In this document: positions 27,434 through 35,243 of the stretch, one piece after another | Position numbering within the stretch: position 1 is the stretch's first letter | Layout of the letters: each line of letters begins with the position of its first letter | DNA from: a virus | Taxonomy: Duplodnaviria > Caudoviricetes | Virus record (IMG/VR): IMGVR_UViG_3300013121_000004 | Span: 32,001-96,000 of that record | Strand: one strand, 5' to 3' | DNA length: 64,000 nucleotides | Program-made: the position numbers and the translations under genes | Notes under the pieces: model-generated | Seen by the model: the letters and a program-made list of their open reading frames with translations, nothing else | The model's database searches: none | Told to the model about the DNA's origin: nothing

Positions 27434-27490
27434 GATGAACCCTCCGAGTGTGTTTGTCGGGGGAGCATAGCTCCCCCTAGGGCGTGTGGA

Positions 27491-27865
27491 CTAGGCGAGC
27501 TTGGCGGGCGTCTTGGCCTTGGCGGGCTGCTTTGCAGCCTGTGCGGGCTTGGCGTAGCGGGCCGCAGCCTCTGCCTTGCGGGCTTCCCGCTTCGCGGGCT
27601 CTTCGACCGACAGGTAGCAGGCCATCCGGCCCTCGCGGTTCACCCATGAGCGTCCGAAGTACACCCGGTATCCCTTCGGGATACCGTGAGCCTTCAGGAA
27701 GGTCGTTGAGAACAGATCCTCCGCAGCGGCTTTGCCGCTGTGTGTCCGCATGTCGTGGGCGATGAACGCCACGACTCGGAACCCTTCGTGGTGGGCTTCC
27801 GCACGGACACCAGTCTTGCCCTTGGCAAGACCCGTGATTGCGGACTGGATTGCATTGCTGGACAT
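27491..27865 (-). CDS. first gene of the leftward arm; Lys/Ala-rich C-terminus
   Basis: GAGGTG plus ATG. Confidence 0.75.
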   Translation of the reverse strand: MSSNAIQSAITGLAKGKTGVRAEAHHEGFRVVAFIAHDMRTHSGKAAAEDLFSTTFLKAHGIPKGYRVYFGRSWVNREGRMACYLSVEEPAKREARKAEAAARYAKPAQAAKQPAKAKTPAKLA

Positions 27866-27869
27866 GGTA

Positions 27870-28560
27870 CACCTCTAGACAAAGCTCGCGCCTTTTAGGC
27901 GCGGCATAGCGAAAATGTACCTTATTTTGAGCACGCTTCCGCTAGGCCGCGTGTAAAACACGCTTTGCCTTCCCCCGTCCCCCATAAGCGCATATCTTCA
28001 CTTGGCGGGCGCAGCTCTCCTACGGACTCATAACCCGGAGGCACGCGGGCCTCAGAGCTGCATAGGGGTTATTACGAACGTTGGCACCACCCAACGCGCT
28101 TATTGTTAATGTACTCTAGGCACAGCTACCGCCGCGACATAACGTTTCGGCCACGGGTGGCTTGCGCTATGTGGTGAGCATAGCTCGCGCCAACCCTTGA
28201 CGTCCCGGCTTCGCCTTACAGGGTCAGCCTTCCGTTCAACGGTAACCTACCTATCGAAGAGTGTTTTGGACATAGCTCACGCCTGCCTGCTAGCTGCCAT
28301 GCTAAGGCTCGTTATTGCTATCCCGCGTCCCATAGCTCGCGCTTAAGGTGTCTTGGCTGACCCCTACCGCGTTTGCCCAAAGCTACCGCTCACGTCCGGG
28401 ACAAGTCAACCGAACGTCTAGCTAATGGAATCACTCTTTAAGGTGCGACCGAATCGGTTGAGATTGGATTCGGCAAAGGCCGCAATCGGCCTCGACCCCC
28501 AGAGAATGAACTGTTTCGGCGGTTTTGGCAGGATGTCCTCGGGGGTCTAACCCACCCGCC
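27870..28560. ncRNA. candidate large structured non-coding element (RNA or leader) with six 12-bp direct repeats
   Basis: No credible ORF; many perfect stems, long-range helices and crossing helices; repeats of CA(A/C/T)AGCT-NN-CGC. Confidence 0.5.
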
Positions 28561-28589
28561 GTTTGCATTTCCGCTAGGTTTGCGCAATT

Positions 28590-28760
28590 AATACATACAC
28601 TCGTATATGCTATGTGTGTATGCGTATGTATCCTCAATAACGGTATCATCGTATATGGTATGGTAGGTATATAGTATATCTGTGGTGTATGTATGCTATG
28701 TGTATAGTCTACCTGTGATGTATGTATGGTAATGCGGTAAGGTATACGTGGTAGCATGAT
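28590..28760. repeat. low-complexity, strand-biased GTAT-rich tract
   Basis: 15 GTAT tetramers counted between 28603 and 28745. Confidence 0.8.
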
Positions 28761-28886
28761 AGTGCTCTACTGTCATGCTCTATGAAAATGTACTCCGGTA
28801 CAGGCTTTGAATGGTAGTCAAACATTTGAGAGATTTTGTGAATTTGTTAGTAGAGGGGTATCTTACTACGTTTGGGCTCAGGTAAT

Positions 28887-28922
28887 AAAAACCCCACTAG
28901 AGTATAGTGGGGTAGATTTTTT
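28887..28922. terminator. intrinsic terminator for the 30329-28971 leftward operon, possibly bidirectional
   Basis: ACCCCACTA-N5-TAGTGGGGT with an A-run on the left and a T-run on the right. Confidence 0.75.
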
Positions 28923-28970
28923 GATAAATAGGCGATGCGGGCCGTTGTGGTGCGTTTCAGGCGGTATTAT

Positions 28971-29357
28971 TTATGTGTTGCTGGAGAATAAACTGGTGAT
29001 CCAGTGTGGGCGGTGGTGTAGTGGGTCTATGTTGCGATCGAAGATTACCAGTCCACTGATAGATGGGAATTGGTTGGTATACTCTTCGTACGCTCGGCGC
29101 ATAGACCCTCCAGTGGTATACACGTCATCGCATATCAGGAGATTGAATCTAGCGTATGAAGTGTATTGCTCCATAGCTTTCGCTAAGCGAAGTCCTCCTC
29201 TGGGGATGCCTACTACGTCGGAGAAGGGTGGGAGTCTTTGGGAGGCGATATACGCCAGTGTTTCGATGTCTCCGTCTGTCAGCGCGTCACAGTCTATTTT
29301 CCATTCGGACTTTAATCCGCTATTGAGTGTATAGTCACCTATTTGGAATAATGTCAT
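28971..29357 (-). CDS. type I phosphoribosyltransferase (OPRT-like)
   Basis: LNSG..S.WKIDC, VGIPRGG, LICDDVYTTGGS PRPP-binding motif. Confidence 0.85.
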   Translation of the reverse strand: MTLFQIGDYTLNSGLKSEWKIDCDALTDGDIETLAYIASQRLPPFSDVVGIPRGGLRLAKAMEQYTSYARFNLLICDDVYTTGGSMRRAYEEYTNQFPSISGLVIFDRNIDPLHHRPHWITSLFSSNT

Positions 29358-29358
29358 A

Positions 29359-29760
29359 TTATTTGTCTGGCTCCATTCTGTCCTTCCGATTTGTTGTATC
29401 TACGTCTCTTGCGTGCAGTACTTCCATAAGTGACACTGTACCGAAGGTACAGTAATCAGAATGCTTCCACTCGTACAAGAACTCCAATAAGTTGGAGAGG
29501 GAAGGGTCAGCGTCCAGTACGGAGTATAACCTTTGTAGTTCGCGTAGTGTGGCTCCGGTGCGTACGGCATCTTCGTACTCTTCTACGTTGTCGAATAACC
29601 AAAACTTGAAGTTTTGCGCGTATCCTACGTTAGTGGATAGGAATTCGATTAGCTCTTTGATACCGTTTACGGTGTCGTAGAATAGCACTACTGCTGAATC
29701 TTGTTCGAATACTAATGCGTACTCTGCTACGTCATTACCCACGATTAACCTCCGGCACAT
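29359..29760 (-). CDS. hypothetical protein
   Basis: ORF track; true start may be the GTG near 29742 after GGAGG. Confidence 0.55.
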   Translation of the reverse strand: MCRRLIVGNDVAEYALVFEQDSAVVLFYDTVNGIKELIEFLSTNVGYAQNFKFWLFDNVEEYEDAVRTGATLRELQRLYSVLDADPSLSNLLEFLYEWKHSDYCTFGTVSLMEVLHARDVDTTNRKDRMEPDK

Positions 29761-29867
29761 TTAGTAAGAATACCCGCCTGTAGGCTTTATTGATTTGCAC
29801 TCTTTGGCCTCCAGATGAGAAACATATCAGCTTCTCCACTATAATACTCTCAACTATACAGCTCCTT

Positions 29868-30329
29868 TTATCTCTTCCAAAAAATTTCGTATTTGTTCTT
29901 CTCCTTCACTGTGTCTGCTGATAGCCCTGTTATGATTATTCTGTTTGGTAGGTATTGGTTTCGTGTTTGTACAAGGTTTGTCCAATCTTCGTTAGTTATC
30001 TTCTGATCATCGCAAGCGATGATTATCGGGTACATTATTGACTCGCACTCTCTTGAATGGCCTAGCCCTATGCAATGCCCGAACTCGTGTATGGCTATCA
30101 CTACTAGGAAGTCTATGTCTAGATTCTCTAGTCCTTTCTCTTGATACTCACGTTCGTAGTATTCTAGTCCATCTGTAAATCGCACATAGCACGTCTGGAG
30201 CGGCGCAGGAGCAGCATACGCCAGTACACTTGGGCTTTCGGTGTCTGTATACCCGATGTCGAAGTTTACACCACTGTAGCCCCATACAGCGGCTGCGATG
30301 TACATAACGATGCTAAGTAATGCTGTCAT
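29868..30329 (-). CDS. matrixin-like (M10/metzincin) zinc metalloprotease with N-terminal signal/anchor
   Basis: HEFGHCIGLGHS plus SIMYP Met-turn; AGGAGG before ATG 30329. Confidence 0.85.
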   Translation of the reverse strand: MTALLSIVMYIAAAVWGYSGVNFDIGYTDTESPSVLAYAAPAPLQTCYVRFTDGLEYYEREYQEKGLENLDIDFLVVIAIHEFGHCIGLGHSRECESIMYPIIIACDDQKITNEDWTNLVQTRNQYLPNRIIITGLSADTVKEKNKYEIFWKR

Positions 30330-30349
30330 ACTTTTCCTCCTATTGTAGT

Positions 30350-30378
30350 AGGGTAACACACGTTTGACGCGTTGTAAA
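30350..30378 (-). promoter_or_regulatory. sigma70-type promoter TTTACA-N17-TACCCT (extended -10)
   Basis: Exact 17-bp spacing, at the strand switch. Confidence 0.7.
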
Positions 30379-30384
30379 GCGCAT

Positions 30385-30413
30385 TTGACGCGGTGATTCG
30401 TCTATGCTACCCT
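30385..30413 (+). promoter_or_regulatory. sigma70-type promoter TTGACG-N17-TACCCT (extended -10)
   Basis: Exact 17-bp spacing; divergent partner of the leftward promoter. Confidence 0.7.
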
Positions 30414-30440
30414 TAGTATATAACGCGAGAGTAGGAGAGT

Positions 30441-30728
30441 TTGATGGTTAAAGTATTTCACCTGTCAGTAGTCGATGAACAGTGGAACGCAGATATTGAG
30501 TTAGGAATTTTCTCCTCACTCAAGCAAGCAAAAGCGATTGCACGAAACATCTTTCCACCGCAGCCAGAATGGTACTTTAAGGACGAAATTGCAACATATA
30601 TTGCAGAAGTAAGCGGGAATACCGGGGTACCGTACACACTTTCTATCTCTGTCTGGGAGATGGACGACGAGTCAGCAGTGAAAGAATACAAAGAAAATTG
30701 GCTAGGGAAAGGAGGTACGGATGACTAA
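30441..30728 (+). CDS. hypothetical protein
   Basis: AGGAG RBS; first gene of the rightward arm. Confidence 0.65.
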   Translation: MMVKVFHLSVVDEQWNADIELGIFSSLKQAKAIARNIFPPQPEWYFKDEIATYIAEVSGNTGVPYTLSISVWEMDDESAVKEYKENWLGKGGTDD

Positions 30729-30987
30729 ATTCAAGTGCTTCTTCTTCGGACATGAAGATATATTCAAGTTGTTCTGGAAAGGTAAGCTAAACCTGCATAG
30801 TGAATGCAAGCACTGTGGGGATTTCTTCAAAGAATACCAAATCCCTGCGTCTGCTCCTAAATATCTAATGGAACAGATGATTGAGAGGCAAAGAAATAAC
30901 AACTTCATGCCTCCCAACTACAGCCACAAATGGGGAGGGCCATTATGGGAACTACGCCCCTTAGCTACAAAACACATACGACGATAG
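30721..30987 (+). CDS. hypothetical protein (C-x-F-F-G-H...CxxCG)
   Basis: AGGAGG RBS. Confidence 0.65.
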   Translation: MTKFKCFFFGHEDIFKLFWKGKLNLHSECKHCGDFFKEYQIPASAPKYLMEQMIERQRNNNFMPPNYSHKWGGPLWELRPLATKHIRR

Positions 30988-31340
30988 AAGAAACTGGTAG
31001 CTCATTCAGACGGATTTGCTCTATCTGTAAAAGTTGGGTTATAGACCATACTTTTATCAGGAAAACAGATCACACAGACGAATGTGAATTTCAGAAAGTA
31101 GCGATAGACGACACGGAGGAAACAATGCAAATCAGTTATAGTAATGATCAAGACCGCATGGATCGATTCGACCAAAAACTAGATGTTATTATGAATCGAC
31201 TTCTGGAAGTCGTGGAAGAGATAAATAGCGTCCACGATATTGCTTCAGCAGCGTATGACGCAGTAGAATCACTAGCTGCTGAGATGGAACAGTTTCGCGA
31301 TGGACTAGGCGAGAACGTACTTGAAGTCGAAACTGATTAG
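30945..31340 (+). CDS. hypothetical protein; second in-frame RBS/ATG at 31125
   Basis: GGAGG before both ATG 30945 and ATG 31125. Confidence 0.55.
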   Translation: MGTTPLSYKTHTTIEETGSSFRRICSICKSWVIDHTFIRKTDHTDECEFQKVAIDDTEETMQISYSNDQDRMDRFDQKLDVIMNRLLEVVEEINSVHDIASAAYDAVESLAAEMEQFRDGLGENVLEVETD

Positions 31341-31547
31341 ATGGCTTTTTCAAAAACCAAAAGACGAAGAGCGCCCTCCTCAGTGTACATGTATAGTGTT
31401 CCATAATAACTGGGAGGGCCAAGTAATCGTATTCTCTACCGATTGCCCGTGGCACGGTGAGTATGCAGAATATAATGTCGGGCACAGGCTAAAAGACCCG
31501 TGGAAAGAATAATTTCAAACAGCGTAGTACGAGAAAAAGGAGAGCAT

Positions 31548-31850
31548 ATGGAGAACAACGCTAAACCACCAACGCAGGTAGTCGGTGTAGAATCCGTGGA
31601 AAGCGGATTCGTGGCAGGAGGATGGAATGACAAGGAAGAAAAGCCGGTTGAACAGCCAACCAACAAAGGCAGTATTCCTCGTATTCGCTGCCCTTTCTGT
31701 CATAAAGATTTCCGGTCTATTTTATCGGCTTCGCATCAGAAGGCTTGTAGAAGCAAATTTATGGTCAAGTGCGAACAATGTGGAGAACGTGTACTCTACG
31801 TTAGTATTGCCAACGGTACACATGGAAACAGGTGCCTTAAGAATGACTAG
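31548..31850 (+). CDS. zinc-finger protein
   Basis: CPFC...H...C, CEQC; AAGGAG RBS. Confidence 0.6.
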   Translation: MENNAKPPTQVVGVESVESGFVAGGWNDKEEKPVEQPTNKGSIPRIRCPFCHKDFRSILSASHQKACRSKFMVKCEQCGERVLYVSIANGTHGNRCLKND

Positions 31851-32181
31851 GATTATAGCTGCAAAGGGAGCAGAGTTACGCTGGGACTCTGATTGGCCTG
31901 ATTACTCTGAGGTCGGTAATTGGTGGCCTGTTATCGAGAAGAGCGGAAAAGTAACAGGTTTAGCTATCATCTGCCCTCAATCGAAATATAGTTTTGGTGT
32001 GCCTCATCGCCATTGGATCGACTTCATCGACGATAACGTGAAGTTTAACAGGCGTAATAAGACCACCAATCAGTTCACTTTCAAACACCCCTGCGATAAT
32101 GTTTCAGTGGAGTTCAAAGACACAGGGCATATCGAGTTCACAATTATCGAGGAAGTAGAAGCGGAAGGCGCTAATGCCTGA
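31843..32181 (+). CDS. hypothetical protein
   Basis: ATG overlaps the upstream stop region. Confidence 0.55.
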   Translation: MTRIIAAKGAELRWDSDWPDYSEVGNWWPVIEKSGKVTGLAIICPQSKYSFGVPHRHWIDFIDDNVKFNRRNKTTNQFTFKHPCDNVSVEFKDTGHIEFTIIEEVEAEGANA

Positions 32182-32322
32182 AGTAAACGAGGGCAAGACC
32201 TTATGCAAGACTTGCAACATAGTGAAACCTATAGACGAGTTCAATATCATGAAACTCAACGACCGTACATTACCTGTAGTGTGCTATTCTTGCGAAGAAA
32301 GAGCCAGCAAGAGGAGTAGAGA

Positions 32323-32613
32323 ATGAATCGACTAAAGCTAAACAAGAAACCAGTTATCCATGCAAAACCAGTAGATTGTCTAGGAAGATACGTAGAAGTA
32401 GGCGATATCGTGTGCTACCCCGTAAGGGCTGGTTCTTCGATGTGGCTTCAGGTAGGGGAGGTATTAGAGATTTGCTGGGAGGATGGATCTCCTAGAGTTA
32501 AGATCATGCGAGAGGATAATCGTAAAGTAGTGTTTACTTCTTTTCCACGCTTAGCAATACTATCAGTCGATGTAAGTGAGCGACTACCTAGAGAGAGGGT
32601 TATTGCGCAATGA
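32323..32613 (+). CDS. small SH3/KOW-like barrel protein
   Basis: D.LG..VEVGDIV.Y...VGEV. Confidence 0.55.
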   Translation: MNRLKLNKKPVIHAKPVDCLGRYVEVGDIVCYPVRAGSSMWLQVGEVLEICWEDGSPRVKIMREDNRKVVFTSFPRLAILSVDVSERLPRERVIAQ

Positions 32614-32807
32614 AAGACTTGTTTAAGGTTGCGAAAGAGCGAAAAATGTCCGATGAGCGCGGCTCATTAGCCAAACTAATATCTGACGCTACAGTGCATT
32701 TAGATAGGTGCGGAGTATGCTCCTCAATAGCTTATGTCAACAACATAGACCACGTTTGCTGGGACTGCAAAGCATGGCTGGAGATGATAAATGAGCGCAC
32801 CGGGTAA
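32610..32807 (+). CDS. zinc-finger hypothetical protein
   Basis: Two CxxC pairs. Confidence 0.55.
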   Translation: MKDLFKVAKERKMSDERGSLAKLISDATVHLDRCGVCSSIAYVNNIDHVCWDCKAWLEMINERTG

Positions 32808-33354
32808 TATGCGTAGAAGGCTAGTGAACTCCAAGGATGATTGGAGAACCCCACCTAGCTTGGTAAAAGCTATAGAGGAGCATTTTGATGTCTGGTTTAC
32901 TCTAGACGCAGCAGCAGACTATAACAATAAAGTATGCGAAGCTTACTTAAGCGGGCCGCACCGCGACAACTTAGGTTGTTGGTGCGGCCTTTGCGCATCT
33001 TGGCAATCTAAATTTTTTGTTTGGTGTAATCCTCCTTATAGTATGACCAAACAATTCATCAAAAAAGCTATTGCTGAAGGCTCAGACAGACACGTATCTT
33101 GTTTGTTAGTGCCTGCTGCTACCGATACTCAATGGTGGGCTGAAGCTTACGCTAACGCAGATATGACCGTTCTTCTTACTGGAAGAGTGCCTTTCTTGGA
33201 CGGAGAAACAGGTGAAACTTGGTTTATAGACAAAGATGGCAATAAGAAACAATCCAGTAACACTACTGGGAGTACTTTATTCTTCTTCGGGAGAGACTAT
33301 TTGAGTATGAGTAGCTTTGATGTGTGGGATTGGAAACAATGCATCAAACCATAG
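32791..33354 (+). CDS. phage DNA N6-adenine methyltransferase (Dam-like family)
   Basis: DDWRTP, FTLDAAA, VWCNPPYS, LVPA.TDT.WW, GRVPF. Confidence 0.9.
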   Translation: MSAPGNMRRRLVNSKDDWRTPPSLVKAIEEHFDVWFTLDAAADYNNKVCEAYLSGPHRDNLGCWCGLCASWQSKFFVWCNPPYSMTKQFIKKAIAEGSDRHVSCLLVPAATDTQWWAEAYANADMTVLLTGRVPFLDGETGETWFIDKDGNKKQSSNTTGSTLFFFGRDYLSMSSFDVWDWKQCIKP

Positions 33355-33414
33355 TATAATAACATCAATCGTGTTTTAAGCTGCAAGACGGCTCTACATA
33401 GTAGGAGGAAGGCT

Positions 33415-34326
33415 ATGGGAGCCGTTATTGATATCTCGAATTGGCAATCTTGGATGCTAGGAAAATTCCCGGCTCTTAAAGACCTAGGAGTAGAGGAGAT
33501 TATTGTCAATTCAAATAACATTAGACTAGCTAACAGCTTCATCAAAGAAGCAAGAGCGGTTGGCATTCGTTGCCGTATGCTGTACTCCTATTTATATTTT
33601 GGATTTAACGGTAGCAACGGCACTATAGATAGAATCGGTGACGAAATCTCTAAGGCGATTACAATCGCTAAAGAGAATGACATCCGTACAGTAGCAGTAG
33701 ATATAGAGGCTGTCGGTGAATACGAGTTTCCCGGCACTACTTTTGATGGGCGCGTTAGGGACACATGGAGAGCTATCAGTTTGCTAGAAGAAGCTGGGCT
33801 TTCTGTTATGGTGTACACTTACCCGTACTACTGGACTAATCAAATGCGGAATACCGCACAATTTAGCAAGTATCCTCTATGGTTAGCGCAATGGGCCGAT
33901 AATGCTGGGGGATACAGCGAGGTGCGCACGGTTAATTTTGGGGGATGGATTAACGTAGACATCCACCAGTGGACTTCATCGACAAAAATCATGGGAAATG
34001 ACGTAGATCACAACACCATATTTACCAATATACTAGACACAATAGGGGAGAATGACATGCCTGATCCAAGAATAGACAAATTAGTCAAAGTAATGGGCGG
34101 ACAAGGGCTTATAGATGTGTGGGAAGCAGACGGAGATTCTTTGTTACTAGGCTACGAGAATCTCCAAAATACAGTAAGTCAACTTGCAGTAACAGTTAAT
34201 GAGCTTACTAATACTGTTAACACCATGAAGGCTGAACAAGCCACGCTAGCGTCATCAGCAAAAGCCGACTCTGATAGAGTAGTAAATGCTATAGTGGAGC
34301 TAGTAAATGTACTTAAAAACAAGTGA
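33415..34326 (+). CDS. endolysin, GH25 muramidase with helical C-terminal domain
   Basis: IDISNWQ, VDIE, YT..Y.W, LWLAQW, HQWTS, DVDHN. Confidence 0.85.
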   Translation: MGAVIDISNWQSWMLGKFPALKDLGVEEIIVNSNNIRLANSFIKEARAVGIRCRMLYSYLYFGFNGSNGTIDRIGDEISKAITIAKENDIRTVAVDIEAVGEYEFPGTTFDGRVRDTWRAISLLEEAGLSVMVYTYPYYWTNQMRNTAQFSKYPLWLAQWADNAGGYSEVRTVNFGGWINVDIHQWTSSTKIMGNDVDHNTIFTNILDTIGENDMPDPRIDKLVKVMGGQGLIDVWEADGDSLLLGYENLQNTVSQLAVTVNELTNTVNTMKAEQATLASSAKADSDRVVNAIVELVNVLKNK

Positions 34327-34816
34327 ACCTAAGCCGAAAACTGTCTACGAGATAGACAAAACCATGTATCAGCTACGCGCTATCGGGTATGTAGCTGAAA
34401 TCTTTTCCGTGTTACTGGTGCTTGCTTGGGCTTTTCCTTTGTTCTTCTTTGACGCATTTGAAAAGCAGACCGTGTACTATGCCAGCATGTTGGCAATTAT
34501 GCCAGACTATATGTGGGCACTATGCGCTTTTGGTTGCTCCATTATAGACGTAGGAAGCCATATAGTAGGTATAGGTCATCGAAAATCAGGAATGTTGATG
34601 AGAGCTTTAGGTACTGCTGGTATAGCTGTATTTTTTGGAATAATAGCTTGGATAGGACTGTTGACCAACTGCCTCGTACCATACCCATATCTTCACCTAG
34701 TGATGTCTGCGCTAGCATTGCTAGGATCTTCTTTAGCATTAGCAGATACTAGAGAAATAGTAAACAAGGAAGAGGCTTTTGCTATTATAGTTCCTAGAAA
34801 AGGGAGTGGCGAATGA
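34307..34816 (+). CDS. multi-TM membrane protein, putative holin
   Basis: About four hydrophobic helices, directly after the endolysin. Confidence 0.6.
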   Translation: MYLKTSEPKPKTVYEIDKTMYQLRAIGYVAEIFSVLLVLAWAFPLFFFDAFEKQTVYYASMLAIMPDYMWALCAFGCSIIDVGSHIVGIGHRKSGMLMRALGTAGIAVFFGIIAWIGLLTNCLVPYPYLHLVMSALALLGSSLALADTREIVNKEEAFAIIVPRKGSGE

Positions 34817-35175
34817 AGGACATAGGCGCTTTAGAGCCTCTTATAGGCTTAATCGCTACTGCTATTACTGGCGGGCTATTTACGTTTATTATCAATATGT
34901 TCATAGTTCGACAGAAGAATGGCACGGTAAAGGCTACTGCCGCCGAGGAACTATGGGAACTAATGGCCAACCAATTAGAGCGTAATAGATTAGAGATCAT
35001 TGAAAGTAAAGCAGAAATGGCTGCGTTACGTATTGAGTTAGAAAAGACTAAAGCAGATGCAGCATCCCAATTACTATCAGCTAAGGTAAGAGAAGCGGAA
35101 TTACTTAAAGAAATAAATCTGCTTCGTGAGCAGATTACTGAACTAAAGGACAAAATAGTCGGTGCCGGTATATAA
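34813..35175 (+). CDS. single-TM coiled-coil protein (lysis-associated, holin-like)
   Basis: N-terminal TM plus heptad pattern; position in the lysis cassette. Confidence 0.55.
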   Translation: MKDIGALEPLIGLIATAITGGLFTFIINMFIVRQKNGTVKATAAEELWELMANQLERNRLEIIESKAEMAALRIELEKTKADAASQLLSAKVREAELLKEINLLREQITELKDKIVGAGI

Positions 35176-35178
35176 GTA

Positions 35179-35207
35179 TTGCAATAAATTGCAAATACAG
35201 ATATATT
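35179..35207 (+). promoter_or_regulatory. promoter TTGCAA-N17-TATATT, followed by AGATGTA/TACATCT repeats
   Basis: Spacing counted; sits upstream of the GT4-portal operon. Confidence 0.6.
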
Positions 35208-35243
35208 AGATGTATCTTACATCTCGAAAAGGGAGATACATCT

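Noticed and set aside
28005-28075. HDV-like/theta ribozyme, suggested by the nested pseudoknot topology and a CCCGCGUG loop on the minus strand
   Set aside because: No G at the P1 start, no GG for P1.1, and no properly placed C-N-R-A J4/2 on either strand. Kept only as an unclassified pseudoknot.
27880-28389. CRISPR, mini-array or TIGR-like guide array
   Set aside because: The repeats are only 12 bp, degenerate and irregularly spaced (47-241 bp), and no cas or Nop-domain gene is recognisable.
28431-28757. 108-aa minus-strand ORF
   Set aside because: It is a translation of the low-complexity GTAT tract (His/Thr/Ile/Tyr-rich) with no RBS.
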